Below, one piece after another: positions 12,215 to 24,910 of a stretch of 64,000 nt of DNA. Source of the DNA: Camelus ferus (lineage: Eukaryota); assembly GCF_009834535.1 (NCBI RefSeq), contig NC_045703.1, positions 64,356,001 to 64,420,000 on the forward strand, written 5' to 3'. The notes beneath the pieces are model-generated. The model was not told the DNA's origin. It ran no database searches and was given only the letters and a program-made list of their open reading frames with translations. The number at the start of each line of letters is the position of its first letter. Within the stretch, counting starts at the first letter, position 1. The position numbers and the translations under genes were made by a program.

Positions 12215-12350
12215 GGTATCACCTGTCCCATCTTACAAAAGAAGAAATGAAGACTCGGAGAAGTAGGTGATGTGCTTGAGATCCAGCAGGTGGAAGTGGC
12301 AGGGCCGAGAGGACCAAACCCCCTCCTTGGTCCAGAGCTCCTGCCACTGA
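12215..12350 (-). mobile_element. MIR fragment
   Basis: cccatcttacaaaagaagaaatgaagactcggagaag...gtggaagtggcagggcc. Confidence 0.55.
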
Positions 12351-12850
12351 AATGAACTTTACAAGCATTTTCAAATTTGAAGGTCTTTATTTCACTCTCT
12401 GTTCTACTGATAGGATGCTTTTTTTTTTTTTTAATAAAAGAACATTTGCTCTCAGGGCCCGCAAAATCTTTGCAGGACCCATTTTTTTCCCCTTCAGTTA
12501 AAAATCCAAAATCCCCCCAATCTGATCGCTACAAAAAAGTAAAAGTGCAAGGGTCATAGCTGAAAGGGAAAATGAAAAGTAGCATACCAGATAAGCTTCA
12601 GATTATTATAAACTTAGATTATTATAGCTTCCTCAGGTTTTTTATAAGTAGAGTCTTTTTTAACTCATAAAAATATTCATACATATATATAGACACACCC
12701 TTATAATAAACACAGAAGCACAGTGTTCCCAGAATCTTTGGCTTGGCTAAAATACGATGATATTCTTAGTTCTTAGTCTAGGGGAAAAAGCCTCTGAACA
12801 CTCCAGGCTTTTTATAGCTCTGGCTTGGGGCAGCATTTGCTACAGCAGCA

Positions 12851-13174
12851 NNNNNNNNNNNNNNNNNNNNNNNNNNNNNNNNNNNNNNNNNNNNNNNNNN
12901 NNNNNNNNNNNNNNNNNNNNNNNNNNNNNNNNNNNNNNNNNNNNNNNNNNNNNNNNNNNNNNNNNNNNNNNNNNNNNNNNNNNNNNNNNNNNNNNNNNNN
13001 NNNNNNNNNNNNNNNNNNNNNNNNNNNNNNNNNNNNNNNNNNNNNNNNNNNNNNNNNNNNNNNNNNNNNNNNNNNNNNNNNNNNNNNNNNNNNNNNNNNN
13101 NNNNNNNNNNNNNNNNNNNNNNNNNNNNNNNNNNNNNNNNNNNNNNNNNNNNNNNNNNNNNNNNNNNNNNNNNN
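12851..13174. other. Assembly gap (324 N)
   Basis: Run of N. Confidence 0.95.
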
Positions 13175-16039
13175 CCTGCATTTACAGGCACTCGAACATG
13201 TGCACACTGTCTTTGTCTTTCGTGTACCCAGCCGCCCCAGTTTCCCCACCAGCAAAACACACATTCCCTGTGGGAGCTGGATGAACTGAGCCATTGCCCT
13301 CTTGTCTAGACCATCTTTCCTCCTTCCATATTCCCACATTAATAATCCTAAATCTTCAATCAGCATATTACTACTTGAAAAATATTTTCCTATGCATCAA
13401 CTCATCTAATCTGACCAATAAACCTGAGAGGTGAGCGGTTCTTGCATTTATAGGAAGGAGGCGCCACGAAGGTCACATCGAGGACTGACTAAGAATAGAT
13501 CTCAGATCGCCCGACCACAGAAATCTGCACACACACACACACAGAATAGAAAATGCACTGAAAAGTCCGAATTTGTACCTGTAAATGAAGCAAGTGCAAA
13601 ACGATCCATTTGTTATTTTCTTTTTGCTTCATTTTATATAATATCTATGAAAAAATAAGAGTGAAAGGTGTTATAACTGAACCGCACAGATTTCTCCAAG
13701 ATTTTGCCAACACTCTTTATTGAACGTGACCCTTTCTTTTGTTGTCTCTCTTGTCATCCACATCTTTTCAGACACACAAAGCTCTCCACTGATGCCTGCG
13801 GCAGTGACACTGCTATTTACATTAATTTTAAGAGCCTAGATCGTCACACCTTTGAGGATAAGGTTGTATCAGTGTTCCTAATATAAACCCCGTGTCTCCA
13901 AAGTGCTTAATTTATTTGGAAAATTCTGCTTCTAGGCTGCTATTGTTTCTCACTCTTCCTTTCCTTTTTTTCCTTCCAGCTGAAGGCAGTTTTCATTACA
14001 GTGACAAAGGCCCCACTATGTTAAAGAAAATTGCACAGAGAGACCCCCCCAAATCCATCTACCCAACAAAAATCTAAGTCATTTTCCCCTGCGGTATCGT
14101 ATCAGCAGTAACCGTCATGGGTTTAAAGCCATATGGGACCAAGTTTTCATTTTTATACGTGGCTCTTATTTGCCGAGACTCTGGTTCCCTGTGAGTTGAG
14201 CTACATTTCATTTAGGTGCTGGGCCCCTGGGCTCCAGCTAATGTGCCCGGTTGGGGTCAAGTTAAAGTTCTGCGCAGGGCAAGCAATTACTAAGCAATCC
14301 TCACCCTCAGCCCTGCTGGGGCCGGAAGGCCACAGGAGAGCCCACTGGGAGGGAGGTTTCCGAGCTGCCCAGAACTCAGTCCCAGAGCAGGTTAGGGATT
14401 CGGGGTTATTGAAACCCTTCCGCCATGTGAGGTCTGGCGTGGATTTCATGAATAATCTTCCCATAAACCGAACTACCATTTGGCTCCTGACCACGAAGGC
14501 CCCTTGTCTACATCAAGGTTACACCAGAGATTAAAAGCACTCAAATTTGCTTTCTACACAATTTTTTTACACTTCTAGTATTTTTAACTTTTCCTACGTT
14601 AGTATTAGTTCTTCCGTAACGCTTGTGCTGAAATTGTGCATCTGTCCCAGTGCGACTGATAAACAGATATACTAGGGAATCATTTGAGCATGATATGAAT
14701 TTTATATTTGCTGATGCTCAGTTTTATCCCTGAGAAACTGAGCTGCACGGGAATACACACGCCCACACCTCAAACACCTTACCTACTCGTTCATCCGGTG
14801 TGTTATTCCACAAGGCTATGTTTTGTTATTCTTTTATATTTTTGAAATTCTCTATTAGCACAAAACAAAAGTGGACAAAAGCAAAACACATGCGCACTAA
14901 TGAAACCTCCCACCTGTCTATGTGGCCTGGTCCAAAATGCCAAGCAGTGCATACAGGAAAATTTAAAGAAAAAAAAAAAAAACCCACTGTCTGTTTTCAA
15001 AGACTTTCAGTGGAAATCACTAAATCCTGCAGAAGTGGCTCTTTCTGAGGTTAGCAGTGGCTGGTTTAGGGATTTCAAACAGTGCTGTAATTTCAAATCC
15101 GTAAAAGAGTTTCTGGGTTACACCAAAGTTCATTAAAGAAGAAGGATCTATACCGCATCAAATTTTCAGTTTTGATGAAATAGGCACCTGCAATAAGTGT
15201 ATGTGGTGAAGGGCCTTCCTCTCAAAGGCGGAAAAACATGCCCAGGATTTAAGGCAGGGGAAGATCACTGAACTGTGGTGTGTAATGCCAAGGCTGAGCC
15301 AAGAACAACGAGCCGCACCCAGCTCCAGTCTGGAAGGACCACTTTCCAACCATTTCAGATGCTCATCCTTTGACCACTTCACAATAACTCACATGCCACA
15401 ACCCTTCTAAAGCCCACTTCCATAAGCAGACGTCCAGTTTTTTTCAGGGCAAAGGGCCATATTTGTTACAGCCCATAAGCATTTAACTCATGTGAAACTG
15501 TGCTGTATTTTTTAATTGTCTCTGAAAAAATTTTTGAATTTATGGCCTCCTCCTTATTTTTTCCCCCATAAACCCTCAGTTTTTACTGTGCCATTTTGCA
15601 TGGCATGATGATTTTTTTTTTAGGGACACATAGTCCATCACAGCAGAACTGGCTGTGTTTGATTAATATCTGGGCATGACAATTGTCTTGAAATACTTGA
15701 AATATCATGGGTTAGGGATTTCAAACCTCACCTACCCAGACTGAAGTCCTCATTATTTCTCCATATTCTGCTTCCCCCACAGCCCCTCTCGTCTGAGCTA
15801 AGAGATGGCGCCATCCTTTTGTTGGCTGGGCCTAAAAGCCCAAGAGTTACCCTCGCATCTTCTCCTCACCTGACTCCGCACCCTGATGGCTTTGCCTTCA
15901 GAAGGCATCCCGTGTTAGCATCCTCACTGCTTCCAAGTCACTGGATTACTCGGGTAGCCTCAGTTTGTCTCCTTTCTCCACTTTTGCCTGACCCACATCC
16001 CTCGCCCAAGTCTCCTCAGAACCCAAGAGCCCAAGTGCT

Positions 16040-16625
16040 CCTCTCAGGAAGAAGTCCAATCACGCCATTTCTCCACAACCTTCCAGTGGCTTCCCATCTC
16101 ACTCTGAGTAGGAGCCAGAGGCGCACAGAACCTGCTCTGCCCACTTGCCCCTCCCAAGAATCCTCTCCTGCCACTCTTCTGCTAGCTCACGCTGCCCCAG
16201 CTGTACGGGCGGGACACTAGCCATCCCTCCACATGCCAGGTACACTTCTCCTCAAGGTTGTGCTCACTGAGCACCCTGCCTGAAATTCACCCACGTACAT
16301 GGGTGGCCGGCTCACTCGCTCACCTATTTCAGGTCTTTGCTCAAATGTCACCTTCTCAGCACATTATTTAATCTGAATTAAATACGGCCACTCACCTTCC
16401 CTGTCTTATTTTGCTCAGTAGCATCATCTATCGTAGCATCATCTATCATATCCATCTTCCTACATACATTTCTTGTTCTGTTTACCATCTTCTTCCACTG
16501 GAATGGAAGTCCCCCGAGCACAGGGATTTTTGTCTGTTTTATTCACTTCTCTATCCCCAGCTCCTATAATAATGCCCAGCATAGGGTGGGTGCTTAGTAA
16601 ATATCTGTCAAATAAATTAAATAAG
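16040..16625 (+). mobile_element. L2 (L2a-like) 3' part
   Basis: ccttccagtggcttcccatctcactc, caggtctttgctcaaatgtcaccttctcag, cagggatttttgtctgttttattcac, gtgcttagtaaatatctgtcaaataaat. Confidence 0.85.
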
Positions 16626-19600
16626 GGATTGGTCTCCTCATGAGAAGTGAACAGAGGAACAATAAGGACCAATGGTCAAAAGCTGCAAGGAGGCTCAATC
16701 TAAGAAATTGTATTTCAACAGTCCAGGGTGTTTCTCGTGACTAGACAGTCCCCTGTCATAAGAAGTGTCTGTGGGGGGGGGGGTCTGACCCTCCAGAAAT
16801 GGGTGATGTGGCAAGGGCACCTGAGAATGAAAACTACCCGAGGTCCTTTCTGTGATGGGTGCCTATGATTCCTGTTATTTGTGCTGAATTTCTCACTATT
16901 TGCATTCATTCCACAGAAAGGGCTGGGACAATCTCCCTTGTCTCATAGCCCTTTAGGAGTGGAGGAAAGAGGCTATGTTATAATGAAAAAATGCACTTCA
17001 CCACATATAAGTTCCAAATAATCCACATATCACCTTGCCTGTCCCACCTGCCTCAAAGGCTACGGTAATCATCAAATAAGATATTTACGGAGGTGTTTGG
17101 GAAAAATAACTCGCTCAGTAGACATGGCAACAGAAAGGCACCTATACAGTGTGCTCAGAGTCCGACGCGTCTGCAACTTGCGACTTCTGTACAGCAATGC
17201 CGCAGAATGAGGGCTCCGCCTTACAAGGTGCTCAAGTGTGATTACGAATGTTTTCCACACCCAGGCTGTCACAGCTGGAAAAAAACTCATTACCTGTTGA
17301 AAGAGAAAGCTCTTTGTGTTCCCTGGGATGAGGAAAGTTTATCGTGGTAATCTGTGGCTCTTACCATAAACAACATCTTAGTGGACATAATGACCCTCAA
17401 TATAAGATCAATACCAAAATAATATCAATATCAATCTTGATAAACCTCATCAAGATTTACAAACTTAACTCCAACCCAAGGAAAATTATACAGATTTTCC
17501 CCATAGGAATAGACTCAGGGGAGGCACAATAGATAAAATTCTGAGAGGCACGTGCAACCAAACGCAATCAGATCAGGAAGACTGCAGGCCCTAAGAAGAA
17601 AGCCAGGAACTGATTATTCCCCTTTGTCTCGGCCTGCAGGGTAATTAAAGGGAAACTTGTTCGCAACTTTCCATTGCCTTTGCTGCTTTCACGGTCTTTC
17701 CTGTCGACTGCCAGCTCTCCCAGGCACGACCACTGACCCAGGCAGCAGCACAGAAAAGCCTCCAAGTCCTTTGGCTACTTCCAAGTGATCTCGCAGGAGT
17801 GGATTTCTACCAGGAAAGGGACACGAAGAAAGGAACTAAATAAAAACGGTAACTTGGGTAACTTTCCTAATTTTCTGAGATACAGACGCCTTACCCTAAA
17901 TCAGTCTGCGCGTTCGTGGTTCAGTGGGCAGCCTGCATAGGGGTGGGGGGCGAGGGGTGCTGGCAGCTGCAGGCACTTTTCCTGAAAAAGAGGTACACTT
18001 CCTTCTTAGAGATGAAACTGAGCTACAGAGCTAGGGTGTTGTCATGGCGCTAGTCGTTAGGGTCCAGCAGGGACGAGCCAGCTGCCTTCACGTGTAGCTG
18101 AACACCGAGAACAGGAGGAAGAGCCTTTCCCTACAAGAAGCAGAAGATGGAGGCCCGTGAATCCCATGGGAGCAGGGCCCTGAGGACAGCCTGGTGGTCC
18201 CAGTGGGCCAGTGTCTGAGGGCTGTGTGCCCTTCAAAAGCTTTGCTCCCGCGTGCTGCTCTTCCAGGGCGGAGATGATCCGGAGGAGCCTGGGGGAGTGG
18301 GGAGCTCTGAGAACGCTCCTATTTGCATGCAGTTCAGGGAAGTGAGCTGCTTAAAGGCAAAGATTTTAGCTGCACTGGGAGCTTTGGCCTTTTCAGTGAA
18401 GAGACCCAAGAGACTGCCTGTCAAAACAGAAGTCTCTTGCTAAACACTACCTTAGCTGGGAAAGCAGGGGTAGTCAGGAGGGGCTGCAGCCCGGGAGGGG
18501 GAGGCGGAGGGAGGGTCAGCTCTCCCCCACCAGAGTCTGGGTGATGTGCGGACAGGAGGAAGGGGGATTGCAGCACATGGGGAAGGAATAAAGGAAGAGA
18601 TGAGCGGCCCTGTGTGCCTCCAAATGTATTTCCCTCTGGACAGCAAAGTTAACATTCATTAATTCAGTTTTACAAATAAAGCAGTTTTCTGTGCCTTTCT
18701 CCTGATTGCATCATCCCCGTTCCTGGTTCTACCTGATTCTCTCTGCAGATTCCCATGGAGAGACTGACATGGAGGAGCCGAGCTGAGGAACTGTAGGGGA
18801 TTCTGCCATTTCTTTGCTCCCTTTCCTTTTTAGAAATCGTGTCAAAGCCCCTTTCCTTCAGTAATCCTTGATATTCCCGCAGGAGCTGAGTTAAGATTTA
18901 ATTGTGAAATTTGCATAGTAACTCAGCAAATAAATCCTGCTGTCTCTCAGAGACCTTTCACTGCAGAGGGCCATTTTAGTTATAAATCACTTATTTCAAG
19001 ATCTCAACTGCCTCAGCATTTTGTCCCCCAGAGGAAAGTGATGGGGGTGGGGGGTGGGGTGGAATCCAGTGGCATGCAGAGTTGGTGTTTGACTTTTATG
19101 TCTCTGTGTAGAGCCAGGAGGAGGTAGGGGCTGGATGGGGAGTGATGAGTTTCAAGTGCTCTTTTCACCTGCTGCTTCTCCAAGGAGAAACTCTGTGGTC
19201 ATAGCCTGGTGCTCCGACCACTCCCAGGAAACGTCACACGCATCTTCCCCTCCCGCCATGTGATAAGCTGGGAAACAATCCAAAGAAGTAAGCAGAACTG
19301 GAATGCAGGTGTGATGATTCACACGGAAATTCCCAGTAATTAGATGCTCACAGTAAAGCATACGGGGAAAGAATGTGGCAAACACAGTGGTGCAAGGAGA
19401 GCTGTATTGCTCTGGAAGAGCGAGGACCCAGAAGATGGTGTGTCCCTAGCCTAGTCCATGTCCCCCTAGAGGTCTTGAGCTCCATCTGGAACTCAACTCA
19501 GGAAAAAGGTTTGTTTTGTCTTGTTTTCTTCCCTCTTTCCCCAGGCTGAAAACACTCAAATCTAGGCTATTCCAGAACATTGTAAATTTGGCTGTTTGGT

Positions 19601-20559
19601 CACACCAAATAAAAATGATTTCACCAAAGCCCAGAAAACTAAGCTTTTTCTATAATATCTTTATATATATATATTTTTATTTTAGCATCACAACTAGCTT
19701 CCCCTTTCTAGGTTGGTTCCAATAAGAGCATGATTTAGGCCACAAAGGTAGTCAGAGTGTGTTGCGTGCCTGTGATGATGGAAAAAAGAAAGAAGTTTCA
19801 TTGCACAAAATGAAGGAAAAATATAAGAAAGTCTAAAGAAAGGGAGGAAAAAGTATATTTGATTATTCACACAAGGTATCCAGTATCTCTGCCTGGAAAT
19901 ACTAAAATGTAAGTGGTACTGACCAGAGGGCCGTGTCTGACCTGCTAGCATCTCTGTCTTTGAAAAGTTTCAGGTCTCCAGGAAGGAAACCCTAGTAATG
20001 CCTTGAAACAATCTATATATCTGGATAATCAGAGGTTAAACTGCTAATGAACCAAGGCTTGATAATTAGTTTTTAAAAATACTGTCACTCTTTAAGACAA
20101 AATTCACAAGGAACTAACAAGGAATTTTATGCAGATAACTTGCATTCACCTAAGAATGTGAAGATTGCTGATCAAACACAAGCCCTGTAGTCATATTTCT
20201 TTCAAACAACTGATTTCAGTTCCTTATTTATTCTGTAGCTGATCAAAACATGGTGCCCTAATTTTCAAGTTCTGCCTGTCAGCCCCAGGAGATCAGTGAA
20301 AATTTGAATTCCACAGATGAATCAACAAGTCAGCATATCTCTACCAGATGCAGATCTTCCCATTGATACATGCCAAGTGGCCCTTCAGTATAAGAGTTCC
20401 CTTTTCTTCTTTTTTCCACACCTTCCATTTGAGTCAATGTCAGTTTCTAGAAGTCAATTTGAGCTGCTTTTTTTCCTCCCAACTCTATAACTTAATCAAT
20501 AATAATTTTTCCCCAGGAAAATGTTACCACAAGAAATCATTATGAATACGATCTAGATA

Positions 20560-20830
20560 TTAGCTAGATAAACAATACTTATTTGAGGCCAGCATCAGAT
20601 TTATAAGTAAAACACTAATAATAGTTATATTTAAATCAGGAATAAGAAAATGTGTCTACTCTGTTAGTGATTATTGTTTTGGAAATTCTGGCTAATGTAA
20701 CAAAACAAAATACCAGATATGAATAAGCTTCAATAATGGGAGGTATTATTTATAAGCTACATGACTGCCTAGAAACTAAAACAATTTCATCAAAGGTCAA
20801 TAAGAATTAGTACCAAGATAATAAGAAAGT
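20560..20830 (+). mobile_element. Highly degenerate L1 ORF2 (RT region) fragment
   Basis: aaatcaggaataagaaaatg...ggaaattctggctaatg...catgactgcctagaaa resembles the L1 QGCPL...YLEN coding region. Confidence 0.45.
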
Positions 20831-23097
20831 AAGATTTTTTTTAAAAAGCATTCCATTTACTTTTAGCAGTGAAAGTAAATTTCCAGGAAAATAAGAAGAA
20901 ATAGGAACAGGCTACAGGAGCAGAGAGAGCTTCCTTGCAAAAACCTGGAGATCCTCACCATTTCCAAATCCTAGGAACAGAAGCTGGAAATAAGACATGA
21001 AGGCTGAAGATAAGAAGACGAATTGAGAGTCACAATACACAGCAATGAACTTCCTTACCCTTCACTCCTCTTCTGGCAGGTAGAATGTCTGGCAGCCAAG
21101 CATTGAAAGCCACCATCCTTTATAAAATCATGACTTTTTATTAGATACAAAAAGGAAACGCCTGGGTGCTGGTTGCAAAGCAAATTCACTCATCTAAGTG
21201 GTCTCAAAGATTCATCACCACCTCCCTATTTCATGTAAAGCCAAGACTTTCAGTAAACTGTGCAGCTGCTCAGTATAATACATGAACAGGTAACTTGAGG
21301 AAAGAAAGAAACATGTAAGAGACAGAAGAAGTTCCTTCAAAGTTCCATGGGAAATTATTCCTACCTTAGAATTCTAACTCGACTAAATCATTACCTGACT
21401 GTGAGTACAGATTAATATTTTCAGACGGTACAAAGACACTCATAAAGAAAGTGACCAGAAGCTGTGCTTCTTCAAACCAAGAAATAAACCAAAGGAGAGG
21501 AAGACACAGGGTTCAATGAACAAAGGAGGGAACCAGAGGGAATTTCCTGGATAAAGGTCCAAGGAAGGCCCAAGAGAACAGCCGCACATCCAGCCCAGCA
21601 AATCATCAGTCCACACTGGGGCAGGAGGAATTCCTGAGATAAATAATTGAACAGACAGACTCCCTGATGCACTGAGAAGAGCTTATGGTTCTGTGGTTAA
21701 TTAATAAGAAGTTGACAGAAAAATAAGTGAAACAAATATAAATTTAGAGAGATTAAGTAACTCCAAGGGAAGTAGAAATTTAACAGAAATTTTGACTTTC
21801 TCTGATTGAATGGTGAACCATATTTTATGTGAACTCTGATCTCTCCTAGGGCCAAAGTCCTAAGTTGTAAATACTTGAGAATTCTGAGAAAAATGCTAGT
21901 TTGGTGACAAAGGGCATAGATTCCCATGAACTGCATAGACTTCAGTTAAAGGAAGATGACTTCAGCATTCAGGAGCTAGGAAGGCACCGAGGTGAGGGTC
22001 GGGGTTGGTCCTTTGGTAAAAACGGAGAGGAGGGCCACTTATGCTGGTGGAGTGGTAGGAGGTGCCAAACATTTGTGCCTCTAATTTGCAAACTGAGTGA
22101 CTATAAATTAAGAATGTTTAACAGGTAGATATTTGGAAAGTGCTAAGACTTTACTCAAAGCTACAAATTTCTATTATGAATGGGAGTCATTTAAGAAGTG
22201 ATGTCAAAGGGCAAAAAAATTTAAGAGCAAGAATTATTCGTATCTTCTTATGTCAGACTAGTATGTTAACATTGTTTATTGAATTTATGAGGCCCTAGCT
22301 TTTTCCTGAAAGACCAAACTAAGAAAACAAACAAATGAATTTTGACAGAAAGCATCTTGGACTGATGTTGGGGAAAAGAAAACACCCAAAATAGCACAAG
22401 TCTGCTCAGCTAACTAATGTGGCACTAGGCCTACTTGCATATTTCTTGAGGAGGACAATTCTTTTTGAAGCAATTTTCAACCCCAGACCCTGGAATAAAT
22501 TAAGAGTAGAAAGGCCGGATCAGAACGCATGCAAATTCGGGGTGCACATTTGATTATGAACGTAAGATTGGTTGACTTAAGCAATTCTGCTTTAATATTT
22601 CACTAATTAGGTAGGGGACAGCTCTGATTGTGATGAGATTGTCCCACTCTGTCTCAGATTTCCTAGGAGACACATTAATTAAAGCAATTCTCCTTCCTCA
22701 TGAGCTGAAACTTTACAGAGGCCAAGTGTACCTCCCCCACCTTCATCCTGTCACACATCCAACTCTGTACCTGCCCCTGGAGAAAAAAAAGAGTGACAGC
22801 AAAAAAACTTTTTTAAATAATAATAAGAAGAAGAAAAAAAGAGGCAGAAATAGCATTGCAACCCTGGTAAGGTTGTCTGAACATTTTCAGAAAATTCCAA
22901 ATAGTACAGACACAATAAATCACCGATGGCTCAGAAAGACATGACATGACAGATCTTGCTGTAACCACAGGGAGAGAGATATCATCAAACAATAACTTTC
23001 TAAATGTAAATGTACAAAGCCGTACGCAAATGCATGAGCTCAAGCAGCAGATGACAGACAAGGAGAAGGATTAAACTGGGTATGTATCATCACTTAC

Positions 23098-23450
23098 ATG
23101 TCTGCTCATCCCATCGTTCATGACGAAGCCCTGTAATAGACATGACGGGCGGGGAGCGTAGGGTGGATAAGGATGCCGGGCACTCGACGTGCCTCCCGTC
23201 AGCTCCCCTCCGTCCTGGACCACATCGCGGGAACACCAGGGAATCAGAGAACAGCACGAAGAACTCTTCCCTCTTCTCTCTCACCACCATCAGCAACACA
23301 CTCTCGGAAGCACACGCACACGCACACCCGAGATGTTGAGATCTGACAAACAGAGAGAGTGCAGCCAGGCGGGAAGAGCTCAGACTCTGGGATGGGGCCA
23401 GTCTAGGCACGAACGTTACTTCTGTGACAGCTAATCTGCAATTTCTTAGC
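23098..23450 (-). other. Candidate CpG-rich first exon, possibly coding MSITGLRHERWDEQT (ATG 23143-23141, phase-1 donor)
   Basis: About 20 CpG in 23101-23420; minus-strand ccgcccgtcATG; donor CAT|GTAAGT at 23098/23097; 5' boundary is a guess. Confidence 0.35.
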
Positions 23451-24207
23451 AGTTTCTGACCATGCCTCCTCACATGTAAAATGTAAATAATAACAGAAGC
23501 TTTGCAACTTTTGAGCCGATGACATAATGTGAAGTTCTTCATATTAATTTTATTGTCCCTGAAACAGTCCTCACTGTCAGGTAGCCCTCCTACTACCCAC
23601 ATAAGTAAAAAAGCCACACTTTCCTTGGTCCACTCAGTGTATTTTGGGAATGAGGAAATGTAGAGAATAAGCAGAAAAGAGGAGATCAGAAAATTCCAAA
23701 TATGCATATTAAGCAATCTAAAATAAGTGTCCTTTTTATTAAGTTAACAGATATTTATTGTCAGTTATATGACAGAAATCATCTCTATTTGGCTAATTCC
23801 CAAACGTATTTAACAAAATTATCATAACAGAGGGAGATTCATCATAATTTGAATTAATTTAATGTACTTATTAGCTATATACACTGTTTCGATGTCCATT
23901 TAGTTGCAGAGAGAGAGAGAGCAATCAACCTTTCTATTTAAGGATCCTGAAGCCAAGGCAACAATATTGCTAATCTCTGACATGCATGCCTGGGTCCCTA
24001 AGGACACACCTGTTGATTAACAACAGACATGCACAGCCCCGTGCTGTGGTCGTTAAGGGAGTGCTGCATCGTTAAGGCTCAGATGAGGACCTCCACAAAA
24101 GCTTTTTGCTGGAAGTTGTACCCAGAAGAAGAGAAATAAAGCACATCCCAGGGCCCCACCACCTACTTCCCAGAAACAACATTTGTACAGATTTTACTGA
24201 AGGTCTC

Positions 24208-24412
24208 TGTCTCAATCATCTTGGGCTGCTGTTTTTAAAACATCACAGATTGGGTGGTTTCAACCACAAACATTTAGTTCTCACAGTTCGGGAGGCTGGG
24301 AAGTCCAAGATCAAGGTGCGGGCAGATCTGGGGTCTCGTGAGACCTCTCTTCCGGCTGTGCAGACAGCTCTGTTTTCATTTTATTTTCACCTGGCAGAGC
24401 GAGAGCGAGAGC

Positions 24413-24447
<35 letters not shown>

Positions 24448-24610
24448 CTCTGGTCTCCTAACCCCCTTATAAGGGCACTGATCCCATTCGAGAAGGCTCC
24501 ACCTCCATGACTTAATGGCTTCGCCAGGGTCCTCTTCCAAAGACCATCACACTGGGGATTTAGGGCTTCAACATGAATTAGGGGGAGACACAAACATTCA
24601 GTCCATAGCA
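24208..24610 (-). mobile_element. MaLR solo LTR (MLT1A-like) with internal (GA)n
   Basis: ttctcacagttcgggaggctgggaagtccaagatcaaggtg, ccttataagggcactgatccc, ccatcacactggggatttagggcttcaacatgaatt...ggggagacacaaacattcagtccatagca. Confidence 0.9.
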
Positions 24611-24739
24611 ATTTTCATCAGTCTTCTAGCAATTTCTCTGAAACTTCAATCCCCTGTGATAGACTTTGGATCATTCCAGCTCTAGAGCTGGCATACCACA
24701 CAACGGAGAGCTTGTGAGGAACCCCAGGAGACCCATGTG

Positions 24740-24910
24740 ATAAATGACTGGACCTCAGTTTAGAAGACATTGTTCTGCTCTTCCCTATATTTCTGCCATG
24801 ATTTGTAGCATAAACCCCTCAATCTTCCTAAACCTGCTTTATCTTCTTAATGAAGTAAAATGAGTGGTTCTCATATTCTTGCCTCAGAGAAGGTCAGGAG
24901 CACACACAGA
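24740..24910 (+). mobile_element. Degenerate MIR
   Basis: ggacctcagtttagaagac...cttaatgaagtaaaatgagtgg...tgcctcagagaagg. Confidence 0.4.

Noticed and set aside
12757-13366. Long ORFs (113-184 aa) in the track spanning gap 2; likewise those at 3676-4141 and 51117-51400
   Set aside because: Their length comes from N runs translated as X, so it is not evidence of coding
17380-17520. A/C-rich stretch suggestive of a mitochondrial insertion
   Set aside because: No similarity to any mitochondrial gene or tRNA that I can recognise
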